From: Deltaproteobacteria bacterium
GTDB lineage: Bacteria > Myxococcota > Kuafuiibacteriia > Kuafuiibacteriales > Kuafuiibacteriaceae
Length of the DNA stretch: 64,000 nucleotides
NCBI GenBank assembly: GCA_040218735.1
Contig: JAVJQW010000033.1
Location: 32,001-96,000, forward strand
Direction: 5' to 3'
The notes under the pieces were generated by a model. That model worked only from the letters and a program-made list of their open reading frames with translations. It did no database searches and was not told where the DNA came from. Shown here in pieces: positions 48,323 through 57,773 of the stretch (its first letter is position 1; every line of letters starts with the position of its first letter). A program made the translations under genes and the position numbers.

Positions 48323-49822
48323 ATGCTGCGAAGGACCTCGTTCGGAATCATCTCTTCGGTGTTGCTGGCGGTCGGGGGGTGCCGCGATGCGCCGCTCGAC
48401 TGGGACCAGACGGCCTCCGCCGTGGGGCCGGGGCAGTCGTCGTGGCAGGGGCAGACGATCGCGGGCATGAACGTGCGGCTGTACGTCCCCGCGAGCTCGG
48501 GGCCCCGTGGGCTGATGGTGGTGCTGCACGGATGCGCGCAGCAGAACACCGCGATCGGTGACTCCGGGAACTGGGGTGACACCGCGGACCGGTTCGGCTG
48601 GGTCGTCGCCGCGCCGAACGCGCCGGGCGGCGGAGTGCTCGCCGGGTGCTGGGACTACTACGGGACGAACCAGTCGCGGACGAACAAGTTCAACGACGAC
48701 GTGCTCGCGCTCGTGCAGTCGCTCGTGAACGACGGCGCGCTCGCGATCGATCCGGACCGCGTCTACGTGAGCGGGCTTTCGTCGGGGGCGAGCCAGGCGA
48801 TGGTGCTCGGGTGCCTCGCGCCGGATGTCTTCGCGGGCGTGGGTATCAACGCCGGGCCGACGGTCGGCACGACGTCGGGGCAAGTGAGCTCCGTCGCGAC
48901 GAACGTGAACAGCGCTTCGTCGTTGTGCCGCTCGTGGGCGGGGAGCAACGGCGCGCACTTCACGACGCAGCTCACTTCGATCGTCTACGGCAGCAACGAC
49001 TTCGTCGTCGCGACCGGCTACAACACCCTCAACGCGCAGGTCATGGCCGACGTCTACGACGTCCCGGGACCGCAGTCGTTCTCGACCGCGAACCTCGTCG
49101 GCGCGAACCCCGCCGGCTCGGGGCAGGCGTGGAGTGATCTCGACGGCCCGCGCATTCGCCTGATTCAGAACACCGGCCTCGGGCACAACTGGCCGTCGGG
49201 CGCGGGCGGCTCGCAGTCGGCCGGCTTCGTGAACCCGAACAGCGTCGACTACCCCGAGGAGCTCGCGTCGTTCTTCGAGACCTACAACCGCCGCACCGGC
49301 GGGGGGGCGCCGGACGCCGGTGTCCCGAACGACGCGGGACCGGCGCCGGACGCCGGCTTCGTCGACGCGGGCACGCCGCCCGACGCGGGCACATCCGACG
49401 CCGGCGTCCCCACGGGCGTGACCGCGACGCTCACGCAGCACATCCAGGCCGGGCGGCTGACGTGGGCGCAGTTCGGGACGTACTACCTCCAGTACGGCAC
49501 CGCGCCGTTCACGCTGTATCAGCAGCCGGACGGGAGCTGGTCCGACACGCCGCCCTCGGGCCCGCCGCCGGACGCGGGGGTCCCGGCCGACGCAGGAACG
49601 CCCGACGCGGGCGCGCCGCCGCCGGACGCGGGTTCGTCGCCGTGCACGAGCTACACGTCGAACAACTACCAGCACGTCCAAGCGGGACGCGCGACAGTGT
49701 GTAACTTCTCGTACGTGTGCGCGGTGGGCTCCGGCGATCAGCTCGGCCTGTACAACGTGTTCTACACGTCGACGGTGCGCGAAACCTCGCCCGGGTACTA
49801 CGAGGCGGGCGCCTGCCCGTAG
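48323..49822 (+). CDS. Extracellular PHB depolymerase-family esterase with PDAG linkers and substrate-binding domains
   Basis: VVLHGCAQ, IDPDRVYVSGLSSGA (lipase box), GLGHNWP; C-terminal TSNNYQHVQAGRA...GLYNVFYTSTVRETSPGYYEAGACP is the PhaZ substrate-binding-domain (SBD) pattern. Confidence 0.88.
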   Translation: MLRRTSFGIISSVLLAVGGCRDAPLDWDQTASAVGPGQSSWQGQTIAGMNVRLYVPASSGPRGLMVVLHGCAQQNTAIGDSGNWGDTADRFGWVVAAPNAPGGGVLAGCWDYYGTNQSRTNKFNDDVLALVQSLVNDGALAIDPDRVYVSGLSSGASQAMVLGCLAPDVFAGVGINAGPTVGTTSGQVSSVATNVNSASSLCRSWAGSNGAHFTTQLTSIVYGSNDFVVATGYNTLNAQVMADVYDVPGPQSFSTANLVGANPAGSGQAWSDLDGPRIRLIQNTGLGHNWPSGAGGSQSAGFVNPNSVDYPEELASFFETYNRRTGGGAPDAGVPNDAGPAPDAGFVDAGTPPDAGTSDAGVPTGVTATLTQHIQAGRLTWAQFGTYYLQYGTAPFTLYQQPDGSWSDTPPSGPPPDAGVPADAGTPDAGAPPPDAGSSPCTSYTSNNYQHVQAGRATVCNFSYVCAVGSGDQLGLYNVFYTSTVRETSPGYYEAGACP

Positions 49823-50096
49823 GCTCGGGCCCTCGGCACGTGCGCTGCTCCAGCCGACAGGCCGGGGAGACGGTGCGCGCGAGAGTCTCGGGTTCGGGCG
49901 GGAGATCTTCCGTGATTCGCGAGGCGTCCTACTCAGAGGCTTGGATACTGTTCTCGCGAGCGGGGTGGGCGTCGGAGGAGGGGATGTTGGCGGGCTGTTC
50001 TATTGAGTGGAGCCGAGGCGCCGTGCCCTTAGGGCGAGGTCTGGGGCGAGGGCTCGGGCTGGGGACGAGCTGATGTCGGCGCCTGCGCGTCGCGCG

Positions 50097-50225
50097 CTAC
50101 CACAGCGTACCGTCCTTCCACTCGCGCACCAGCACGACCAGCAGGAAGAGCGTCGACACCGAGGACAGCGCCACCGCCGCCCAGAGCGCGATCGTGAGGA
50201 GGCCTTCGGGGACGAGGGTGCTCAT
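50097..50225 (-). CDS. 42-aa single-TM protein coupled to the transporter
   Basis: MSTLVPEGLLTIALWAAVALSSVSTLFLLVVLVREWKDGTLW; ATGA overlap with the SSS stop. Confidence 0.7.
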   Translation of the reverse strand: MSTLVPEGLLTIALWAAVALSSVSTLFLLVVLVREWKDGTLW

Positions 50226-51652
50226 GACGTGGCTTCCGGCGCGCGGAGGCGCTGCATTTCGGACCAGTCGAACGCGCGCGGCGCGACGAGGGTGGAGACG
50301 ACGACGCAGACCATCGAGACGCCCGCGCCCGCGAGCGCTGCCGTGTAGAAGCCCACGGTGAAGTAGGCGGTCAGGCCGGCGACGATGCCGAGCACCATGC
50401 CCGCGACCGCGCCGTTCGGGTTGGTCTTCTCCCAGTAGAGCCCGGCGGCGATCGGCCAGATCGTCGCGCCGACGAACGCTCCGGTGAATTGGATCATCTC
50501 GGCGAGCGTCGTGACGCGGCCCCAGCACAACGCGATGGCGAGGACGCCGAGCGCCACGATGATCATTCGGCTTGCGCGTTCGAGCTGCGCGCTCGAGGCC
50601 GTCGGCGCGATCAACCCGCGGTAGACGTCCTCGACGAGGAGGTCCGCCGTCGCCGCGAGGAGCGAGTCGAGGGACGACGCGAGCGAGCAGAACACGATGA
50701 CCAGGATCAGCACCGCGCCCGTCGTTCCGAGGAGGTTGCCGATCACCATCGGGCCGACCATGTCGAGCGCGGGGATGTTGAGTCCGAGCGCCGGAGCGGC
50801 GAGCGCGATCGAGCCCGCGACCACCGGCACCGGCAACCACGCGACACCCGCGAGGAAGTATGCCTTGAAGCCGACGCCCTCGCGCAGCGCGAGCGCGCGC
50901 GACCACCACACGTTGCTGTGGAAGATCTCCCCGAGCCCGAACAAGAGGTTGTTGAAGAGGAACATGATCGAGGCAGGCGCGAGCATGTCGAGCAGACCCA
51001 CGCGCTCGGTCTCGAGCGTCGTGAAGATCTCGCCTATACCCACCTGCGTGTAGACCGCGATCGCCGCGACGATCAGCCCGATCAAGATCACCACCGACTG
51101 GATATAGTCCGTCCCGATCACCGCGTGCAGCCCGCCGAGCAGCGTGTACCCGACGCACACCACGGTAATGACGATCATCCCCACGTGGTACTCGATGCCG
51201 GTCAGCGCGTTGAGCAGCACACCACCGGCCATCCCCATACTCACCAGCCAACCCAGTCCGTAGAAGAATGAGATCAAGAGGAACACGAACCACGCCGGAC
51301 GACCGAAGCGCGTCCGCACGAAGTCACCGCTCGTGTACCCATTCGGCATCAGGTGTTTGATGCGCTCGGCCATCGGCGCGAACAGGATCAAACCCACCGC
51401 GCCGAGTGAGTAACCCACCATCCCCCAGACCCCGAGCTGATAGGCGAGCTGCGGCGCCGCCATCGTGGTGTTCGAGGTGATCCAGGTGGCCATCGCCGTC
51501 GCCATCCCGAGCGCGAGGCCCACGTTGCGACCCGCGAGCATCCGGTCGTCGAAGGAGTTGGCGCGCTTGCCCCAGAGCCACCCCAGGAACACCCACGCGA
51601 CCGAGAAGAACGCGAGGACGATCCACCCCGTGCTGGCGTCGAGTGTCCTCAT
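50222..51652 (-). CDS. Sodium:solute symporter family transporter (DUR3/PutP-like)
   Basis: LAGRNVG, ATWITSNT, YTLLGGLHAVIGTDYIQ, SSLDSLLAATA; about 13 TMs. Confidence 0.9.
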   Translation of the reverse strand: MRTLDASTGWIVLAFFSVAWVFLGWLWGKRANSFDDRMLAGRNVGLALGMATAMATWITSNTTMAAPQLAYQLGVWGMVGYSLGAVGLILFAPMAERIKHLMPNGYTSGDFVRTRFGRPAWFVFLLISFFYGLGWLVSMGMAGGVLLNALTGIEYHVGMIVITVVCVGYTLLGGLHAVIGTDYIQSVVILIGLIVAAIAVYTQVGIGEIFTTLETERVGLLDMLAPASIMFLFNNLLFGLGEIFHSNVWWSRALALREGVGFKAYFLAGVAWLPVPVVAGSIALAAPALGLNIPALDMVGPMVIGNLLGTTGAVLILVIVFCSLASSLDSLLAATADLLVEDVYRGLIAPTASSAQLERASRMIIVALGVLAIALCWGRVTTLAEMIQFTGAFVGATIWPIAAGLYWEKTNPNGAVAGMVLGIVAGLTAYFTVGFYTAALAGAGVSMVCVVVSTLVAPRAFDWSEMQRLRAPEATS

Positions 51653-51990
51653 CCGATCTCTCCTCTTCGGTGCTGGCGGTGCCCGCGAACGACGAACGCG
51701 ATCGTCGACGCGGAGATGGCGAAGCCCACGAGGAACAACGCGAAGGTGAGCCCCATCGAGGGCGGCGCGACTTGCACGGTGCAGGACGCCTTCGCGTCCG
51801 CGACCGCGAGCGCATATTCGTAGGTGCCTTCACGCCGGCCGCTCACGGTGGTGGCGGCGTCGGGGCCTTCGTAGATCTTCGCGCCGTCTTCGGTAAGGGT
51901 GACCGTCGCGCCCTCGGGCACGGTCCACGCGATGCGGTAGGCGCCGGTGTCGTTCGGCGCGGTGGGGCAGTCGAGTTTCAGCTCCGGCAC
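51649..51990 (-). CDS. Small protein: beta-sandwich-like region plus C-terminal TM
   Basis: YRIAWTVP...IYEGPDAATTVSGRREGTYEYAL, then a hydrophobic helix; ATGA overlap with the SSS gene. Confidence 0.7.
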   Translation of the reverse strand: MPELKLDCPTAPNDTGAYRIAWTVPEGATVTLTEDGAKIYEGPDAATTVSGRREGTYEYALAVADAKASCTVQVAPPSMGLTFALFLVGFAISASTIAFVVRGHRQHRRGEIG

Positions 51991-51994
51991 GCCG

Positions 51995-53533
51995 TCAGCT
52001 ACCGCTCTCGGCCGTGCGGCGTTTGATGCCGTCCATCATCACCGGATAGTCGCCGAACATGTCGAAGACGCGGCGCCCACCCATCTCGCCGAAGTGCTCG
52101 CGCCAGATCTTGAAGTAGTAGTACGCCTCCTTGGAGACGAGCTGCGCTTCGGGGTGCTCGCGCTTGGCGGCTTCGAACTCGTCGTCCGTGACGCGGCCGT
52201 TGACGACCTCGATGATCGAACGCCCGCCGCTGCCCTGGTCGAACGGCATCTTCTCGCGCCACAGCAGGTCGTGCGGCAGCAGGTCCTCGAACGCCTCGCG
52301 CAGGATGTACTTCTCGACGAGGCGCCCATCGACCTCCTTGATCTTCACCTCGGCCGGCAGGTTGAGCGCGTACTCCACGAGGTCGCGGTCCATGAACGGC
52401 ACGCGCGCCTCCAGCGAGACCGCCATGCTCATGCGGTCGAGGCGCTGCAGCTCGGTCTTGTGCAGGTTCTGGATCAACGTCCACGTCGCCTGCTCGAGCT
52501 CGGGCCACGGCATGTTCCGCAGCGCCTTGTAGCCGGCGAAGATCTCGTCGCTCCCCTCGCCACACAGCACGACCTTGATGCCCATGTCCTTCGCGAAGCG
52601 CGCGGCCATGAGCGTGACCACCGAGCCGGTGACCATCGACGGGTTGTAGCTCTCGACGTGCCAGATCGCCTCCGGCAGCAGATCGAACATCTCGTCGACG
52701 GTGAAGGTCCGAACGTGGTGCCGGATGCCGAGGTGCTCACCGAGCTTTCGCGCCGCGATGACGTCGGGCCGCCCCTCCATCCCGACCGTGAAGGCCTGCA
52801 GGTTCGGGTTGTACTGCGCGGCGATCGCGGTCACGAGGCTGGAGTCGAGCCCGCCGGAGAGGAACGTCCCGACCTCGACGTCGGCGACCGTCATCCGCTT
52901 CTGGACCGCGTGGTCGAGGAGCGTGCGGACCATCTTGGGGTTCGGGAAGCTCTTGTGCGACGCGCGGTAGTAGTACTGCTCCGGCCCACGCTCCGTGAGG
53001 CGGTAACCGGGCGGTAGGCTGCGGACGGTTTGGGGCTCGACGCCGGCCGCGAGGAGGGCCTTAGCCTCCGAGGCGAAGTACCAGCGCTCACCCTCGCGGG
53101 CGTAGTAGAGCGGTTTGATGCCCAGCGCGTCGCGCGCGGCGAGGAAGCGGCCTCGGTTCTGGTCGTAGAGGACGAACGCGTACATCCCGTCGAGGAGCTT
53201 CACGCAGTCGTCACCGTGATCTTCGTAGAGGTGGGAGATGACCTCGGCGTCGGAGCCGGTCCCCAGCTCGTGAGTGGCCGACAGGTCCATCCTCAGCGCC
53301 TGGTGGTTGTAGATCTCCCCGTTGCAGACCACGTGGACGTCGCCGGTCTCGTTGTGGAGGGGCTGATCCCCCCGCTCGAGGTCCACGATCGACAGCCGAT
53401 TGATGCCCAGGCCGACCCGCCCGTCGAAGAACTGGTACTTCGTGTTGTCCTCGCCCCGGTGAACCGTATCCGAGAGCATCGCGACGAGCGCCTGCTCGTC
53501 GCTGTGGTTGAACATTCCGACGATGCCGCACAT
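51995..53533 (-). CDS. asnB: Asparagine synthetase B-like glutamine amidotransferase
   Basis: MCGI (Ntn Cys), RLSIVD, NGEIYN, ARDALGIKPLYY, LSGGLDSS, GEGSDEIFAGY, EARVPFMD. Confidence 0.88.
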   Translation of the reverse strand: MCGIVGMFNHSDEQALVAMLSDTVHRGEDNTKYQFFDGRVGLGINRLSIVDLERGDQPLHNETGDVHVVCNGEIYNHQALRMDLSATHELGTGSDAEVISHLYEDHGDDCVKLLDGMYAFVLYDQNRGRFLAARDALGIKPLYYAREGERWYFASEAKALLAAGVEPQTVRSLPPGYRLTERGPEQYYYRASHKSFPNPKMVRTLLDHAVQKRMTVADVEVGTFLSGGLDSSLVTAIAAQYNPNLQAFTVGMEGRPDVIAARKLGEHLGIRHHVRTFTVDEMFDLLPEAIWHVESYNPSMVTGSVVTLMAARFAKDMGIKVVLCGEGSDEIFAGYKALRNMPWPELEQATWTLIQNLHKTELQRLDRMSMAVSLEARVPFMDRDLVEYALNLPAEVKIKEVDGRLVEKYILREAFEDLLPHDLLWREKMPFDQGSGGRSIIEVVNGRVTDDEFEAAKREHPEAQLVSKEAYYYFKIWREHFGEMGGRRVFDMFGDYPVMMDGIKRRTAESGS

Positions 53534-53691
53534 GGTTCCGTGCGGGGTAACAACTCGGGTCGAGGCCCGCAACCGAAGGTCCTCGGAGGCGCCGGCCCCG
53601 AAAGGCGCGGTTTGTCGACGTCAGCCCGAATCGCGTGGTACTCCAGTCAGAGTAGGGGGGCGAGTCCGTTCGGACCCCGCTTTTCGTAGCG

Positions 53692-55881
53692 ATGCCGCAT
53701 CGAGTCCTGGTCGTAGACGACGAAGAGTCGATCCGCTCACTCATCAAGGACTACCTCGAAGGGCAGGGGTATCGCGTCCTCGTCGCACCGGACTGCGACA
53801 AAGCGCTCAAGATGTTCGAGAACGATCGGCCGCACATGGCGATCGTCGACTTCCTCCTGCCGCCCAAGAACGGGTTCGCGGTGGTCGAGTCGATGCGGTC
53901 TGCGCAGAAGAACGCACGTCTACCCATCATCATGATGAGCGGCGTCTTCAAGAACCCGAAGACCGCCGTCGAGGCCCGCGAGAAGTACCAGGTCGTCGAG
54001 TTCCTCTCGAAGCCGCTGGACCTCGAGCAGCTCTCGCAGATCGTCTCCGAGTCCCTCGAGGGGATCGAACCCGACGACTACCAACCCGAGGCCCCCGCCG
54101 CGATTCGGCCGACGTCCATCTCACCGGACAAGAGCGCCTCCGCACCGCGCCGCGGGCGCTCCGGATCCAAACCCCCACCCCGCGGGCTGTCGTACGGCGG
54201 TGGCGGACCAGCGCCGAAGGCCGAGGCGGGCGGTGCACCGCAGCCTCGCGCGCCGTCGGTGGCCGAGCTCATCCAGGACGGCATCTACATGGGGCGCCCG
54301 TTCCCCGAGCTCGACGAAGAGGGGGAGATCGAGACGTACCCCGTCGCGCTGCTCCTCTCGACCATCCGTTACGACGGCTCGACCGGCATGCTCGACATGA
54401 CCGACTCGGGCACCCACCGGCGCATCTACATCACCGAGGGCAACCCGACCTTCATGCAGTCGAACGCCGAGGGCGAAAACGTCGGCGCGCTGCTGTTGCG
54501 CCGCGGGCGCATCACGGAGCCCGACTTCGACCGCTGCCTTCGTTACATGAAGGACAAGCGCCGAACGCTGCAGCAGTCGCTCCTCGAGCTGAAGCTCGTG
54601 AACGAGCCGGACCTCGCGACCGCCTACAAGCTCCTCGCCGGGCAGCTGCTCCCGCTCGCGCTCGGGATGAGCGGCGGCACTTTCAAGTGGCGCGTCACGG
54701 ATGCGTTCGTGGGGCGCGTGCCCGAGGGCCGCTTCGACGCGATGGCGACGCTCTTCGACGGCATCAAGCGGCACGTGCACCCGCCGCAGATCCTGAAGTT
54801 CTTCAAGGGCCGCGAGGACATCCCGCTCGTGAAGACCACGGAGTTCGAGAAGCTCCAGCCGTACTTCAGACGCACGTTCTCCGCGACGAACATCGTCAGC
54901 CAGATCGACGGCGGCACGACGTACCGCTCCATCACGCGGTCGATGTCGGACGACGCGTCGACCGTGATCCCGCAGCTCTTCGCGCTCGCGACGAGCGGCA
55001 TGTGTGTGCTCCCGGAGCTCACGGAGTCGAACGCCATGGAGGTCGCGGTGAACGCCGCGGCGGCGGACATCCAGTTCGGCTCCGAGCTCGACGGCTCGGG
55101 AGACATCGACCTCGGCCTCGACGACGGAGGCTCGGACCTCTCGCCGGAGGCGAAGAAGGCGCAGGCGCGCATCGAGCGTTACTACGACGACATCATGTCG
55201 CAGGACTTCTTCCGAATCTTCAACGCTGCGCCCGACACCGACGAGGACACGGTGAAGGCGGCGTACTTCGACCTCGCGAAGAAGTGGCACACGGACTCGT
55301 TCGCGAACCTCGGCTTGTCGAAGTCACTCCTGCGCAAGGTCGACGAGATCTTCCAGCGCATCACCGAGGCCTACGACACGATCACCAACCCGCAGCGTCG
55401 CGGCGAGTACATGGTGTACCTCGACCGCAAGCAGAAGGGCCTCCCGACCGACGTCAACGAGATCCTGCGCGGTGAGCAGCTCTACGATCAGGCGCTCGCG
55501 ATGATTCGCCGCCGCGACTTCTCCGGTGCGCAATCCGTGTTGCAGGAAGCGACGCGCCTCAACCCGGACCCGCTCTACTACGCGACGCTCGGTTGGGCGA
55601 CGTTCAACGTGAACCAGAAGTCACAGGTGCACGTGACCGAGGCGGTGCAGCAGCTCAAACACGCGATCAGCGAGCAGGAGAACCTGCCGGTCGCGTACCA
55701 GTACCTCGGTCAGATCTGCTTCATGCGCGGGCAGAACAGCGAAGCCAAGAAGTGGTGGTCGCGCTGCCTGGAGTGGGAGCCGAACAACATCGACGCCGCC
55801 CGCGGCATCCGCATGGTCAACTCACGCGGCGAGTCCAAGGGCAACAAGGGCCTCCTCTCCAAGTTCCTCAAGGAGAAGTGA
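53692..55881 (+). CDS. Response regulator receiver + DUF4388-like + DnaJ-like + TPR protein
   Basis: VLVVDDE...IVDFLLPPKNG...FLSKP; J-like VKAAYFDLAKKWHTD...ITEAYDTI; C-terminal TPRs. Confidence 0.88.
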   Translation: MPHRVLVVDDEESIRSLIKDYLEGQGYRVLVAPDCDKALKMFENDRPHMAIVDFLLPPKNGFAVVESMRSAQKNARLPIIMMSGVFKNPKTAVEAREKYQVVEFLSKPLDLEQLSQIVSESLEGIEPDDYQPEAPAAIRPTSISPDKSASAPRRGRSGSKPPPRGLSYGGGGPAPKAEAGGAPQPRAPSVAELIQDGIYMGRPFPELDEEGEIETYPVALLLSTIRYDGSTGMLDMTDSGTHRRIYITEGNPTFMQSNAEGENVGALLLRRGRITEPDFDRCLRYMKDKRRTLQQSLLELKLVNEPDLATAYKLLAGQLLPLALGMSGGTFKWRVTDAFVGRVPEGRFDAMATLFDGIKRHVHPPQILKFFKGREDIPLVKTTEFEKLQPYFRRTFSATNIVSQIDGGTTYRSITRSMSDDASTVIPQLFALATSGMCVLPELTESNAMEVAVNAAAADIQFGSELDGSGDIDLGLDDGGSDLSPEAKKAQARIERYYDDIMSQDFFRIFNAAPDTDEDTVKAAYFDLAKKWHTDSFANLGLSKSLLRKVDEIFQRITEAYDTITNPQRRGEYMVYLDRKQKGLPTDVNEILRGEQLYDQALAMIRRRDFSGAQSVLQEATRLNPDPLYYATLGWATFNVNQKSQVHVTEAVQQLKHAISEQENLPVAYQYLGQICFMRGQNSEAKKWWSRCLEWEPNNIDAARGIRMVNSRGESKGNKGLLSKFLKEK

Positions 55882-55998
55882 CGTCGCGGCGCGTCGCGCG
55901 CCGTAGCGAAACGTCACGGACGGTCACGGATCGCCACGGACGGAACCCGCGCGCGCCTCCGCCCTCCGTCGGCACGTGTCCTGCGTGTTCGATCGGGC

Positions 55999-56364
55999 AT
56001 GTACGAATCGCTGAAACACCCCGGCACCTCGAAGATGACGACGATCTACGTGCGGCCCGAGCGTGAGGGCTGGGCCGTCCTCGGTGAGCACGGCCGCATC
56101 GCGGTCCGCGTGAGCGAGGAGGGCGCGTATCGGTTCGCGCTCGATCTGGCCAAGGCCGCCCGGCCGTCGCGGCTCGTGTGGCACCGCGCCGACGGCGAGA
56201 GTGTGGTGCGCCGCTTCGGCCCCGAGCTGTGGCCGCCGAACCCGAAGCCGCTCGACCGCTACGACGGCGCGCACGGATCCCGCGGGCACGAAGCCCGCTT
56301 TCACTTCGAGCCGGAAGGCGCGCGGTTGGATCTGCGGTGGTCGATGAAGGACGCGATGGCGTAG
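55999..56364 (+). CDS. DUF2188-like small protein
   Basis: YVRPEREGWAV...ALDLAKAARPSRLVWHRADG...FGPELWPP matches the DUF2188 pattern. Confidence 0.6.
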   Translation: MYESLKHPGTSKMTTIYVRPEREGWAVLGEHGRIAVRVSEEGAYRFALDLAKAARPSRLVWHRADGESVVRRFGPELWPPNPKPLDRYDGAHGSRGHEARFHFEPEGARLDLRWSMKDAMA

Positions 56365-56386
56365 GCGGCCCGAAGGGCGGGGCGAC

Positions 56387-57730
56387 CTACTCCTCTTCGT
56401 CCTTGATGATGATGGTGCCGCCCTGGAGCGGTTTGATCGGGCCGCGGACCTTCACGCGCTTCCGCTTGGGCCCGGCGCGTCGCGCGACCTTCGCGGGCGA
56501 CGCGTCGACCTCGTTGATCGTGCTCTGCGAGCGGATGCGTTTTTCGATCGTGGCCACCGCGGAGGCGCCTTTGAAGGAGCGCACCGACTCGTCGATCGCG
56601 CCGACGATCTGGAACACGTCGGCCTCCGCCGTCAGCAGCTCGAGGTCGAACGCGACGACGTTGAGGTGCTGGACGTTCCCGGTGCCGACGTCGACGACCA
56701 GGGTGTGCATGTTGAAGTGATCCTCGTCCTTCGCCATGCCGCCGGCGACGACGTACTTGGCGCCGGCCACCTTGCCCGCCTGCACCGCGCTCTTCACCGC
56801 GGACTTGTCGAGTTTGTTGGCCGCGATCGCGTCGGTCACGTCGCCGACGGAGTCGCCGCCGACGCTGCCGCCGAAGCTGACCGTGAACGTCGTCTTCTTG
56901 CCGGCCTTCACGTCGACGATCCCGCCGTACTGCGGCACACCTTCGACGACGGCGGTGAGGAGGTGCTTCCCGGGCACGGTCTTCTCGAGCACGACCGGCG
57001 CGACGTCCATCTCGCGGCCGTCGAGGAACACCTTCGCGCCGGGCAGCCCGCTCTTCACGAACAGCTCACCGCGCTTGTCCTTCAGCGCTTCGGTCGCGGC
57101 CGCGCGGAACCAGCGGCGGTAGTGGCGTGAGAACTCCTTCGCCGGGAGCGCGAACGACGGGCGCATCCGCGCCGCGACGTCCATGACCTTCTTGGCTTCG
57201 GCGTCGTCCGCGGCCCACATCAACGCGCGCGCGAGATCGTGGTGTGCGCGGATGAAGTCGTCGACCTCTTCGATCGCGCCCGCGTTCTTCTCCATCGCCG
57301 CGATCACCTTTTGGCGCGCGGCGATCGCCGCGCGGATGTCGCGGCGCGCTTCGGCTTCGGTGGCTTCCTTCTGCGCGGCGGTGGCTTCGTCGAGCGTCGG
57401 TCCGCTCTCCTTCGCCCCGTTGGCGACCGCGCCGCGGATGACGACGATGCCGTCCTTTTGCTGCAGCTCTTTGTTCAGCAGGTTCGTCGCGGTCGCGGCC
57501 TTCCGCTGCTCCACCGACCGGAAGATCGGTTGGTACGGCAGGACGAGCACCTTCTCGCCCGTCTTCTCCGCTTCGGCGGCTTTTTCCGCGGCGGCTTCGG
57601 CCGTCCCGTTGGTGGAGGGCTCCGCGGACTCTGCGGCGGCCTCTCCGGCTGCGAACGCGGGGGTCGACGCGAGCGCGAAGACGCTGGCGCCGAGCAAGAA
57701 GGCGTTCCGTCGGACAAGTTGGTTCATCAT
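56387..57730 (-). CDS. Exported PEGA-domain protein
   Basis: Signal peptide; GELFVKSGLPGAKVFLDGREMDVAP...VPGKHLL. Confidence 0.85.
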   Translation of the reverse strand: MMNQLVRRNAFLLGASVFALASTPAFAAGEAAAESAEPSTNGTAEAAAEKAAEAEKTGEKVLVLPYQPIFRSVEQRKAATATNLLNKELQQKDGIVVIRGAVANGAKESGPTLDEATAAQKEATEAEARRDIRAAIAARQKVIAAMEKNAGAIEEVDDFIRAHHDLARALMWAADDAEAKKVMDVAARMRPSFALPAKEFSRHYRRWFRAAATEALKDKRGELFVKSGLPGAKVFLDGREMDVAPVVLEKTVPGKHLLTAVVEGVPQYGGIVDVKAGKKTTFTVSFGGSVGGDSVGDVTDAIAANKLDKSAVKSAVQAGKVAGAKYVVAGGMAKDEDHFNMHTLVVDVGTGNVQHLNVVAFDLELLTAEADVFQIVGAIDESVRSFKGASAVATIEKRIRSQSTINEVDASPAKVARRAGPKRKRVKVRGPIKPLQGGTIIIKDEEE

Positions 57731-57773
57731 GCGCGCTCCCGATTCAAAACGTGCGATCCGGCCGGGTCAACGT

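Noticed and set aside
49823-50096. 274-nt G-rich gap between convergent genes with CTGTTCT twice; considered as ncRNA, LexA box or small ORF
   Set aside because: No convincing fold, no match to a consensus I can state, and the overlapping ORFs lack coding-like composition.
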